Shown in pieces: positions 14,481-26,890 of a DNA stretch of 64,000 nucleotides. Numbering within the stretch: position 1 is the first letter of the stretch; each line of letters opens with the position of its first letter. The notes beneath the pieces were generated by a model. That model saw only the letters and a program-made list of their open reading frames with translations, made no database searches and was not told where the DNA came from. The position numbers and the translations under genes are program-made. Location of the stretch: assembly GCF_009914755.1 (NCBI RefSeq), contig NC_060925.1. One strand, given 5' to 3'. This DNA is from the human T2T-CHM13v2.0 reference genome, Homo sapiens.

Positions 14481-17400
14481 GGCCATAGAGAAATGAGATA
14501 AATGTATTTAGTTTTTTCTTTTTAAGAGCAGTGTTAAAAGTAGCAGATAATAAATAACCACATTTGCAAGTATCTCTAAATGGCCTTCAAATTCTTCCCA
14601 TTTCTCAACATCCAACAATGGATTTACCTGTGTGAGCATATGCAGAAGAGGTCCATCAACAAGTCAGTCAACATTTACGTAATGTCTTCTGCACTCCAAT
14701 CGCTATACCAAACATACCGTCACAGTTCAAGAGAGCTTATATCTTAGTGGACTAATTAGAGCAAGTCAGAAGAAGTCAGCCAGCACACACACCACCCCTG
14801 GTACCTAATGCAGAAGAGACCGCCTTTACATGAGCAAATGGTCCTCTCTTCACTTCTGTCTCCTTTCGTGGTTACCTCAGAAAGCCAAGCATGTAATCAG
14901 GTAAGACAAAAACCATAGGGGAGTGGCAAGCCTTACTGTTTAACTCATTTCTAGACAATTCCCAAGAATTATTATTGTGCAAAGTAGCAGGCAGATTGGC
15001 CAGTTTCATATTTATGTACTGCACAGTGGTAGAGAGACATGCCATGTGCAAATGCTGGCGATTTCAAGGTGACAAGCCTCTGATTGAAAAGTCTGAAGGT
15101 CGATAAGTTTCATTTGGGGTTACCTGGCCTTGCGGTCACCTCAGCTGACAAAGAGGAGATTTTTAGAGAATAAACCCTAATAAGCTTTTTAAAAGCTAGG
15201 CCTCCCTTTCCAAAATAATTATGACACACCATTTCTTCCAGCTTCAAAAAAGAAACTGATTTCTCATTTCTTTCTGTTATTTGCAAGTCTTGTGTGAGTA
15301 ACTAGCTACAGACCAATTACAAAGGCCTTGGCTTTCAAGCAACACACAAGAGCTCTTACATACAATAAGGCTGGTATATCTGCCCTTTAAATCCCTTTTC
15401 TTTTTGGTCCAGGGACAGATTTGCACTTGTTACAGGATGACTGAGTAAGTCTCTCATGGCATTGCCACCTGTGAGTAATGGCATGATTCCTTCCTTCTTG
15501 GGGTGATAAGTATTTTCTCTCTGTCTCTGTCTTTCCCTGTATATATTAATATCTAATTTCCATATTGGTTATCAAAATGCAGGCAAACATTTTCTGCTGT
15601 TACACAGAGAAGATAGAGGACATTTTAGAAACTAAAAAATTCAAGCCTCAATCACCTTTTAACTTATTGATCTTTGTGAAACAATATGCATTTTTGTAAG
15701 CTGTCTTTTAGCTTTCTTTTCTTTTTTAAGGTTAGCACTTAACAGCAGAATTGAGTCATTTTCATTAGAAAGAACCTTTAATGAACTAGTTCTTTATTTA
15801 AAAGAATGCAAGTTCCACTCTCAAGAATGCTATAACATTTTGTCAATAGTTCAGAACAGGACTAATGATCGTCATTAATGAAAGCCCACTGTGAGTTTGA
15901 GACCTCCTTTTGATTTCTTTTACCAAACTGTGGGATCTAGACAAAAATAGCTTTACAGTAAACATTTTCCACCTTAAAAATAAATAAAATAAGCATGCTA
16001 GAGGTGACAGGAAATGTGTGGCTGAAAATAAAAAATATCTCTTGTCAGTTTTAATAGGTATTCAATCTTTTGAATCAATGAGAAATTTGGGGAGATACTG
16101 TTCTCCTTCTCTTAAAAAAATCCTACTTGGATGCCCTCTGTTCATTATAAATAGCCTCATGTGTAATTACCCAGAAGATGAAATAGAGAAGAAATGAAAT
16201 AACTACAACCTTACATTCCCACTCAGAAGAGTTAGGGGGCATATCGGAATCTCACGGTGGCTGGGATTCCATGGGGCAGGGGGATGATCCATATAATTTG
16301 AAAATGCTTTTCAGGTGAGAACTTAGAAATTATTTCCTTGGTTTACCTGGTCATAGGTCTCAACTACATTATAAATAGTTCCAATATCTATTCCCTTAGA
16401 ACAACACATTTACCAGGAGGGACCCTCCACAGAGTGACCATGTCTGAGAAAAAGGACTAATGACAACTACCACACATGCGAGATGTTTGTGAGAGCTATG
16501 CTACTTTATTAGCTGCACAATTACTAGCATTAATATACATAGCAACAGTATAATCTGCCTTATAACACAGCTCCTTCAGAAATTCTCTTTTACAGTTTCA
16601 ATTTTTTTATCTTTAATCTTTAATTAAAATAAAAAATAGCTTAAATTACTTTACCTCATCGGAAATCACATTTTCTGATTGCAACTTTAGTTTCTGTTGT
16701 GCATTTATAAATATATCTTCTCGTGCTAAAAGACTAGTTGCTTATGTATTCGGTTTCCCAACCTCACTTGGGAATTGAGGTCCCCAGGTGAGGTTAAGCT
16801 ATTCCCTCCTCAATTGGTCACAAATTCCTGAAGGAATTCAAGTCCTCCTAGGACCCTTTCTTGGACCGTGACAGTACTGCAGTAATATCTAGAATGACAA
16901 AACTACATTAGAAGGGACTTCCCAAAATTCTTCCCATAGGACTCCTACTTAAGCTTTGTCCTGACTCTTCCGACGTTTTCAAGGCTGGATTCAGTCTGAA
17001 ATATTTCCCATTATCGATTTACAAAATCTCTTGCACCCTCTCTCGAAGAATTAGAATAAAAAGAATACTGTTGTGGTTTCAAAATCATATTAGCTTGCAC
17101 TTGTCTGCAATATCGATGGTTTCCCCATCATTTTGGGTGCCATGTACTTGCTTTGCACCATGCCTCTTGCTTTTCTTTCTTGATCTCTTAGTTAAGGCAG
17201 TTCCTCCTGAGCAAATTACATTTCATTCAATTAAACAAGGCCATTAAAAACAGTGTTTGGCCATTCATTATACCAGCTAAAATTTCTTACTACCCCATAT
17301 TATTCCTCTGAGAGTTTCTTTTTTTTTATGTCTTATTTTTTCCTATATCCAATGCTTAGTGTTTTCTCAATATTTTAACATCTTTTTCTCATTTTCCATT

Positions 17401-18489
17401 TCTCTCCTAAAGTGTTTTAAATATCCACGATGTTATAGTTAATTGTAGTCAAGATTTTTCTCTTTTTAGATAAGAATACTTTTGCTTTGGATTAAAATAA
17501 GTTATACGCAGAGGCCTTCATTCTACTCCATAGTAATTCTCTATCTGAGTTACTTCTCATGAGTCATAGTAAAAGAAAGAAATCCTTATATACTTTATTT
17601 CTATCAACACAACATACACAATCTAGAATATATGGGTAAAAGATACATATAAAGCACTAGATTAAGATTCTGAGTTTCAATAGAGAAGGAAGTTCATAAA
17701 ACATAACAATTTATTCCAGATTACCTATAAACAAATATGTACTAATGAATTTCTCTGTGGTTTCATTTACTTATCTTCATAGAGTTAAAGAATTATAAAA
17801 CAGATGATTGTATCAATGTTTTACTGAGCACACTTAATTTTTTAAAAACTACTACTTGGCCCTAGTTTCCTTTCTTCCTTCCTCCTCCCTTTTGCCCCAA
17901 ACCCCCAACAAAAAGCTTACCAGTTGGTTAGTCTCTGTGTTATTAGTTCATGGAAATGCTAGTATTATTTAACAATAAAAATAAAAATCACACTCAAGTG
18001 AGCACTGAATTATTCATGCACTCCGATTTTACATAATTTGACCATCCCTCTTTATATTGCTATTTCAGTTTCTATCACTAAACAATTCTCCACTAGGTCT
18101 ACCTTGGATTCCTGTGAACAAGGAGATAATGCTTGCAAAATGTTCCCTCCGAGACGATGGTCTGAGCTGATGTCCAAACATTTGCAGCCAAAGCCTAAAC
18201 TACGAAAACAGCAAGGAATACCCTCAGTGCCCAGAATAAAAAGTAGAGTATTAACAAGACTTTTTTCAAAAAAAAATCAAATTTCTTTAGAATTTAAAAA
18301 TCTTTAGTGACACAAAAGCTAGCAATATTGAACCATCACTGGAACAGACTTTGAAGACTTTCATTGTCACCCTGTATTTTTATTACAAGTGCACACAGAC
18401 CCAAGGCATCATTTAAAACACAATTAAGGCACTTAATGTGGTTTTGGCATTAAAAGTTACTATTGGGCAATGTCAATCTTTCTCTTTAG

Positions 18490-18572
18490 GAGGAGAGGAG
18501 GGAAAGCAGCTGAGCAGGGTGTAGGAATAGACACGCAGCTTGCACCATCAGCAAAATGTCAAGCACTGCGAG
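18490..18572 (+). other. Candidate 83-nt exon of an unidentified transcript
   Basis: Acceptor tctttctctttag|G, purine-rich 5' part, donor GAG|gtaagc; splice motifs only, no transcript evidence. Confidence 0.3.
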
Positions 18573-20480
18573 GTAAGCCCTTATGGTGGTCAGTATTCTA
18601 GACATCACGGTGTTAGGGCACAGTCTGCACTGGCCTGTACCTCATACAGCAAGCCCCTACCTCTGAGCAGTAGGAATTTTGCTCAGAGTGGGAGGGAAAA
18701 GCTATTTTCAGTGGCAATATCAAGACAGAACCTGAAGAAAGCAAAAAGAGAAAGAAGACTGTTATGCAATAAAAACCAAACAACCAAAAATGGTTGTGAG
18801 AACTGCATTCTCCGCAAGAGAAGGGTCTCCTTTAAAAAAAGAAAATCACTGTTTGTTTTTTTTGCTCATTTCCAAAATATAATTTTTAGCAAGTCATTAA
18901 CCTAAGTGACAGAAGTGTAAACTAAACCTTTGTAGCAACATTCTTCAAATGTTCAATGTTAAGTGTGGGAAAGGAAAAAAACACAGATGGAAAATACTAT
19001 AATGAACTGACATGTTCTATTTAAAAACTGTTTGTCAGCCGTAGTTAAGTTGACACTGTCAGCATGGCAACAAATCATAACATTTTGCATGTTTTGCTGC
19101 ATGCTTGAAGCAAGGATAACACATCGCACGCCTAGATCATAGTGGTGGGAGTTTAGGAACAGTACAATCAATGGAATGGAACAGAACATGTCTATCCGCT
19201 GCTCCCTAAAGGTCAGCCACCAGGGAAGTGCAAAATGTCTGGTGTGCTATTTCTTTGTGTCTATCAAAGAAAACTGCTGTTCACAGTTTTTAAAATGGGA
19301 TGTGAGAGGCCCAGGAGTACTAAGGGATTCTCTCTTCTATATTGTTTAATTGTTGCAATTCACTTAGAGATTCATGTGCTGCAAGGATGAAGACCTGCAA
19401 TAGACTTCCTTCCCTTCTGGCTTCATAACAGGAGGAAAACAAAAGCCAATGATATTTAACAGAAATTGAGAGCAAACTAAATATAATGGAATATGATCTC
19501 AAACGTTGAATTCATACAGAAATAAAGTAAGTACATGTAATGGCAAATAATTTGATTTTTAAAATGTGTATTGAGTGACCTACCATGTATTAAGCTCTGG
19601 ACTAGTAAATGTGGGGTTAACACCAAAGAAATAAATTTAAAATGTTTGCTGCCCTCATGGAGCAAACAAATACATTGAGAAAGTAAAACTAACAGAAACA
19701 CATACACAAACTCCTACATAAGATAATATAGAAAATAAGCATCAATAAAGCCACATATAGTCCAAAAACATAATTTTAGCTAATACTAAAGGAAGCTCTG
19801 GATAATCCATAAAGCAAATAACAGAATGCGGGCTATATTACAACGAGTACATATGTGCTTTGCACTAATATCATCAAATTCCAGTCTGATTTCTTTACAG
19901 AGGCATTGGAGTTAGCCAGGTAATATTTATTGACACACACTATCTAGGCAAAAATACAATTATACAATAGACGAAATACACACTAAGTGTCTAAGACTCC
20001 ACTTTGCACATTTAGGACACCTAAAAACCATCTGTGAATGAACTTATTATAAGTGACATACATAACATTTTAGTACGGGCATACCTTGTTTTATTGCACT
20101 TCACTTTACAGTGCTTTGCAAATATTGCACTTTTTGCAAATGGAAGGTTTGTGGCAACCTTTCATCAAGCCAGTCTATCAGTGCCATTTCTCCAACAGCA
20201 TGTGTTCACTTTCCGTCTCTGTGTCACATTTTTGTCATTCTCATAACATTTCAAACTTTAAGGTGATCTGTGATCGGTGATCGTTAATGTTACTGTTGTA
20301 ATTGTTTTGGGGCACCACGACCTGTGCCCATACAAGCCAGGAAACTTAATTGATAAACGTTGTGTCTGTTTGAACTGCTCCAACTGGCCATTCTCTGGTC
20401 TCTCTCTCTCTGTCCTTGGCCATCCCTATTCTCTGAGACACAACAATATTGAAATAAGGCCATTTAAAAACCCCAAAAAA

Positions 20481-20780
20481 GGCTGGGTGCAGTGGTTCAC
20501 ACCTGTAATCCCAGCACTTTGGGAGACCAAGGTGGGCAGATCATGAGGTCAGGAGTTCGAGACCAGTCTGACCAACATGGTGAAACCCCATCTCTACTAA
20601 AAATAAAAAACTTAGCCGGGCATGGTGGCACACACCTGTAGTCCCAGCTACTTGGGAGGCTGAGGCAGGAGAATTGCTTGAACCTGGGAGGCAGAGGTTG
20701 CAGTGAGAGAGATGATACTACTGCACTCCAGCCTGGGTGACAGAGCAAGACTCCATCAAAAAAAAAAAAAAAAAAAAAAA
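20481..20780 (+). mobile_element. AluS (Sg-like) nested in Tigger1
   Basis: Full dimer; gatcatgaggtcaggagttcgag with the 2-nt deletion; A23 tail; diverged TSD aaaaaccccaaaa / aaaaatcccgaaa. Confidence 0.95.
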
Positions 20781-20787
20781 TCCCGAA

Positions 20788-22430
20788 ATGGCCTCCAAGT
20801 GTTCAAGTGAAAGGAAGAATTGCATGTCTTTCACTTGAAATCAAAAGCTAGAAATGGTTAAGCTTAGTGAGGAAGGCATGTTGAAAACCAAGATAGGCCA
20901 TAAGCTAGGCTTCTTGCACCAAATGGTTAGCCAAGTTGTGAATGTAAAACAAAAGTTCTTGAAGAAAATTAAAAGTGCTATTCCAGTGAACATATGAATA
21001 ATAAGAACGTGAAGCAGCCTTATTGCTCACATGGAGAAAGTTTGAGTGCCTAGATAGAAGATCAAACCAGCCAAAACATTCCCATAAGCCAAAGCCTAAT
21101 CCAGAGCAAGGTCTTAACTCTCTTCAATTTCCGGAAGGCTGAGAGAAATGAGGAAGCCGCAGAAGAAAAGTTGGGGCTATCACGCATTGGTTCATGAAGT
21201 TCAAAGAAAGAAGTCATCACCATAATATAAAAGTGCAAGGTGAAGCAGCAAGTGCTGATGTAGAAGCTGCAGCAATTTATCCAGAAGATCTAGCTAAGAT
21301 AATTTATGAAGGTGGCTTTAAACAACAGATTTTCAATGTAGATGAAGCAGTCTTCTATTGGAAGAACATGCCATCTAGGACTTTTATAGCCAGGAAGGAG
21401 AAGTCAATTCCTGACTTCAAAGCTCCAAAGAACAGGCCTACTCTCTTGTTAGGGGCTAATACAGTTGGTGATTTTAAGTTGAAGCCAGTGCTCATGTACC
21501 TTTCTGAAAATCCTAGGGCCCTTAAGAATGATCCTAAATCTACTCTTCCTATATTCTATCAGTGCAACAACAAAGCCTGGATGATAGCACATCTGCCTAC
21601 AGCATGATTTACTGAGTACTTTAAGCCCACTGTTGAGGCCTTCTTAGAAAAAGCAGAAGCAAAATATTACTGCCAATTGACTATGTACTGGTCACCCAGG
21701 AGGTCTGATGGAGATGGACAAGGAGATGAGTGTTGTCTTCATGTCTGCCAACACAACATCTATTCTGTAGCCTATGGATCAAGGAGTAATTTCAACTTTC
21801 AGGTCATTATTTAAGAAATACATTTTGTAGGGCTATAGCTGCCATAGACAGTGGTTCCTCTCATGAATATGACCAAAGTCCATAAAATGAAAACCTTTTT
21901 GTAGAGGATTCACCATTCTAGATGCCATTAACAGCATTTGTAATTTATGGGAGGAGGTCAAAATGTCAACATTAACAGGAATTTGGAAGAACTTGATTCC
22001 AATTCTCATGAATGACTTTAAGGAATTCAAGACTTCAGTGGAGGGAGGAGCTGTAGTTGTGGTAGAAATAGCAAGAGAATTAGAAATGGAGCCTGAAAGT
22101 GGAACTGAATTGCTGGAATCTCAGGATAAAACTTGAATAGAGGAGGAGTTGCTTCTTACGGATGAGTGGTTTCTTGAGATGGAATCTACTTCTTGTGAAA
22201 AGGCTGTGAACATTGTGGATATGGCAATAAAGGATTTAGTATATTCCATAAACTTAGATGATAAAGCAGCAGCAGGGTTGGAGAGGATTGACTCTCATTT
22301 TGGCAGAAGTTCTTCTGTGGGTAAAATGCTATCAAGAAGCATTGCATGCAACAGAGAAATTATTCATGAAAGTAAGAGTCAATCAATGTGGCAAACTTCA
22401 TTGTCGTCTTATTTTAAGAAATTGTCATAG
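20788..22430 (+). pseudogene. Disrupted Tigger1 transposase (TIGD1/CENP-B-like HTH + DDE)
   Basis: ATG 20788 [10 protein letters not shown], stop at 20836-38; ORF 21194-21607 contains [19 protein letters not shown] and KLKP; ORF 22149-22430 matches the C-terminal part. Confidence 0.93.
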
Positions 22431-23009
22431 CCACCCCAACCTTCAGCAACTGCCATGCTGATCAGTCAGCAGCCATCAACATCAAGGCAAGACTCTCCAC
22501 CAGCAAAACGTTTATGACTTGGTGAAGGCTCAGATGATCATTAGCATTTTTAGCAATAAAATATTTAAAACTTAAGGCATGGATGTTACCTTTTTGGCAT
22601 TAATGCTATTGCAGCACACTTAATAGACCACAGCATAGTATAAGCATAACATTTTTGACCAGTCTATGTATAAACATAATCAGTAAATGAAAAAATTGGT
22701 GTGACTCGCTTTACTTTGCTAACTGCTTGATTGACGTGGTCTGGAACAGAACTAGCACTATCTCCGAGGTATGCCTGTAACTGATTAGATTTTGGAATCT
22801 AATATTTTCATTTCACAAAGGAGAAAGCTAAGGTCTGGAGATTAAGTGCCTTTTCTGGAACTGTAGCAAGGCTGAACTAGATAAACTTTTAGATGCAGTA
22901 TTCTTCACAATCTCACATTTTCTTTCACTGGTAGAAATATAAAAGATAAAGCCTCATATAGGAGAAAGGCCACCAGACTTGGAAGTGTAAGATCTGTATT
23001 CCAGCTCTT

Positions 23010-23450
23010 TGGCAGGCACTGCTACTCGTCCATCAAAATCTGTTCCACCCTGTTTCCTGGACCCAAGGCAAGGCTGCACTTCCCACTGTACCAGCCAGGT
23101 GGGCAACGTGACTAAGCTCCTACCAATGAATTATGAGCAAAAGTGCAATTTCCACTTCACTTACTCAACAGAAAATGTCCTGACCTGAACTTTGCTCTCT
23201 GCCCCTTTCCTTGGTTAGAATGACCAAGACCAATGAGACCTTCAAAGTCATGGGTTGAAGATGACAAAACTACCATCAGGCTGGATCTCCTAAATAACTG
23301 TGAGGAACAGAGCTGCCTGACAACCTGCCATAGTCACTTCAGTCTGTTACATGACAGAGAAATAGGCATTTATATTATTTACTCCACACTATTTTGGAGA
23401 CTGTCACAGAAACTTATTACCCCCAGGTTATTCAGGTCCTGAATCTAACA
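23010..23450 (+). mobile_element. MLT1 (J/I-like) MaLR solo LTR splitting a MIR
   Basis: gtgactaagctcctaccaatg, ttgaagatgac, aactgtgaggaacagagc; MIR halves at ~22960-23010 and ~23455-23590. Confidence 0.7.
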
Positions 23451-23969
23451 CTGGGTAGTATGATGCTGTGGGAAAGTCACTCACTTCTTTTGAGCCCATT
23501 CCCCATCTGTAAAATGGACACAATTATATTTGCTTTTTTTAACCTAATGGAATAAGGCATAAGTCACTTTATAAAATGCTTTCATACAAACATAAAAGAT
23601 AAACTAATATAGGAGTTCAAAGGAAAGAACAATTCCTTCTGGCTGGAGTGACAAGAGATGACTAAAGAGAAGAACTTGAGATGAATCTTAGTAAGGTTTG
23701 GATAGGATTTTTAACTTGCAAAGAGGATATGCAAAGATGGAAAAAATCATGGTGTAAGATTAAAAATATATAGTACATTTTTCAGAGAATAGCAGAAGAG
23801 AGTTTGGCTATAGTAGTGGAATCTGGTAGAAGGGTAATAGGAAATAAGGCTGGCAAAATAAATTTGAGGACCAGATTGTAGGCAGTAAAAAAGACTTGAA
23901 AATAAGAATAATGAATCATGATCAGTTGTAGTAATTTCATCCTCTTTATCCATGTTTGGTAGAGGACAG

Positions 23970-24210
23970 ATATCTGCCTGAGACATTGTTGTATAGAGGT
24001 GCATTGCTTGGATCTGGGACAGCCATCTTGTGCTCTTAATGGAAAGGCCAAGACAATCAGAGAGATGCCAGAACCTCAACATTGTGAAACAGTTGAACAA
24101 AAATGGAAGTATTTATCTCCAAGATTTTTGTGATAGGGGAAAATGAAATGCTTATTTCAACATTAATTGGTATTTCTGTTACTTGTAGTCAAAAGCATTC
24201 TTTACTTAGA
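23970..24210 (+). mobile_element. MLT1 (K/L-like) LTR fragment
   Basis: cagccatcttg ... ggtatttctgttacttgtagtcaaaagcattc. Confidence 0.6.
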
Positions 24211-24261
24211 TTAAGAAGTGTAAGCAGTGAACTCTGTATCACAGAGAACAACATATCAGGG

Positions 24262-24666
24262 TGATAGAATCTGGGTATTTTCCCCAACCAAATCTCATGT
24301 TGAATTGTAATCCCCAGTGCTGGAAGGGAGCCTGGTGGGAGATGTTTGGATCATGGGGGCAGATACCTCATGGCTTGGTACTGTCTTCACGACAGTGAGT
24401 GAGATCGTGCAAGATCTGGTCATTTAAAAGTGCGTGGCACCTCCTTCCCCGACTCTCTTCCCTCTTTCTCCTGCTTGCTCCATGTGATAGGCCTGCTCCC
24501 CCTTTGCCTTCTGCCATGATTGCAAGCTTCCTGAGGACTCCCCAGAAGCAGATGCCACTATGCTTCCTAGACAGCCTGCAGAAACATGAGCCAATTAAAC
24601 TTCTGTTCTTATAAATTACCCAGTCTCAGGTATTTTTTTATAGCAGTGCAGGAATGATCTAATACA
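24262..24666 (+). mobile_element. MSTA MaLR solo LTR
   Basis: TG...CA ends; caaatctcatgttgaattgtaatcccc; attaaa signal; ataaattacccagtctcaggtatt; TSD caggg/cagag. Confidence 0.9.
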
Positions 24667-26375
24667 CAGAGGAAAGATTTGATCTCTGAAAAGATTCCTT
24701 GGAAATCATCACTTTAATTTCTCAGACACATGCCCTTCATCATCAATACATTGGAGCCATAGACCCTCCCACACTCACAATCACATTCTAAGATATATTT
24801 ACAAAAGTAATCTTGGAATTCACTTTATAAGTAAGAACATTTTTTATTATTCATAGTTTGTACTTATAAGCACTATCATTTTTATCATACCACTTGGTGA
24901 ATAAAAATTACATATTCACAAGAAAGTCGGCTAGTGCAAATTTTTGGATAAAACTTTAGAGCTAGGAAAAAACAGAAAAATCAAATAGATCTTCTGCATA
25001 GTTTTGCAGATAAGGAAATTCAGACCTAGATGCTGTACTAAATACCTTGCTGAAATCCTAGAACCAACCCTTCCTTTTTTTCTTTTCTTTTCCACAAAAA
25101 TTACAATTAGTCCCATTGCCATCAAGTAGATTTTCTCTTTGTTCTCAGAATAAGAAATATAAGAAAAATTATTTTAAATCTCTAAGAAGAAGGGTTAAGT
25201 TTTCCTGGAATTCTCTATAATTAGTATATCTTATAAATAACATATGCATCTAAAATATCAAATTTAAAGTGGAATGTTTTAATAAAGCTTAACCAAAAGG
25301 ACCTACCTAAGTGCATACATAATAACAAGAAGCATGTGGTCAGCCTCATTCATTATCTCTGTGACATTCATGCATATTTGCTAAATATCTCATTTTATAT
25401 CATATCCTCTATCAGGCCTTTTTCTCCAGACCCAGTCCTGTATTATGCAAGAACTAGAAGTCAGTCTAAGCATAAGTACAGTACTAAAAGTAATACCAAC
25501 ATAATTTATTCTTCCTGTCCCTCTAGCTATTACTCTCTATATATTTCCAGGGTTTTTTTTGCCAGGTTAAAGCAGGGGAAGGCCAGGGGAGACAAGATGC
25601 TTAGATACTTACAGCCATCAACGATTGCTTCAAAAACAACTATTCAGAGAAAAAGGGGAGGTAAAAGTCGAATCTGCCTAGGCATTGTTTACATATTAAA
25701 AGTAAAGATGAGGCAGTGGCATTAGGAAGAATGCATACAGGCTCTGGCATATTTCCACAAATTGAATAAATGCTATTTAATAGACTACTTTACATGAAAT
25801 AATTTAGTCATTAAGAAGAGAACTATGCAGTAGAATATGCTACTTCAGTCCAGATTAGTAATAATTTTGCAAATGCACTCACAAAACTTTTTCTTAGATT
25901 ATTTTACAACAAACTCTGCATGAAATGTAGTGGCACATGAAGAAAAATTGCTTAGCTACAGTTGCTTTCGATGCCATACCATAGGAGCCATGGAGGGGGA
26001 CTCATTCAATATAGCTTTTCATGCTGTTCCCATTTCCATTTTCATAAGGCACCATGATCCCTTAGTGAAAAGAATTGCTCCTAGTCTGCTGCAGATAGGA
26101 ATATGATCAGTAACCTTAAATCCCTTTCTTTGTAAAATCAGAATCATGCAGTACAGTTAGAATTCAGAATTTCTATAAAACAAATTTCCCAGACAGGTAT
26201 CTGAGGTTCCTGCTCCTTTTGGAAAATCCATATTTATCCTCTATGTCCACCACTCCATCTCTAAATTTTACTGCCCTTTTGGTCCCACAGTGTTGGCTAA
26301 AATCTGGATATTTCTGATCATGCTTCTTTGTTGCTAATCTTGGACACTGAGCAGGTCAGTATTTGGATGGATGAC

Positions 26376-26890
26376 TGGGGTAGTAAGCCTCCAGGATTTC
26401 CCCCAATGATTCCCCCATCCTGGTATTTATATATTTGCATAGGCCCCTCCAAAGTTGTACCAGGATTAGTCTGTGTGACCAATGGAATACAGCAGGGGTG
26501 AAGGTATGTCACTTCTGAGATTAGGTCATAAAAGACACTGCAACTTCTGTTTTGGCCTTTCTTTCTCTGTCTCTCAGGTAATTTGCTTTGGGGGAAGCCA
26601 GCTGCCATGTTGTAAGCAGCCATATGAAGAGATCCATATGGTGAGAACTGAGACCTCCAGCTACAGCCACATGAGGGAGCCTGGAAGTGGATTCCCCTGC
26701 CCTGTCATATCTTCAGATGACTGCAGCCCTGCCCAACACCTTGAGTGCAACCTCATGAGAGACCTTGAGACAGAACCACCCAATTAAGTTACTCCCAGGT
26801 TCCTGACTCTCAGAAACTGTATAAGATTATAGATATTTGTTGTTTTAAGCTGTTAAAGTTTTCAATTAATTTGTTATGTGTCCTAATACA
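26376..26890 (+). mobile_element. MLT1F-like MaLR solo LTR
   Basis: gtcacttctgagattaggtcataaaagac, ggggaagccagctgccatgtt, cttcagatgactgcagccc; ends ctaataca. Confidence 0.85.

Larger units (their letters stand above)
20076..22777 (+). mobile_element. Full-length Tigger1 DNA transposon (TcMar-Tigger/pogo)
   Basis: TA at 20074-75 and 22778-79; TIRs CGGGCATACCTTG / CGAGGTATGCCTG; ~2.4 kb after subtracting the nested Alu; transposase fragments in the ORF track. Confidence 0.97.
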
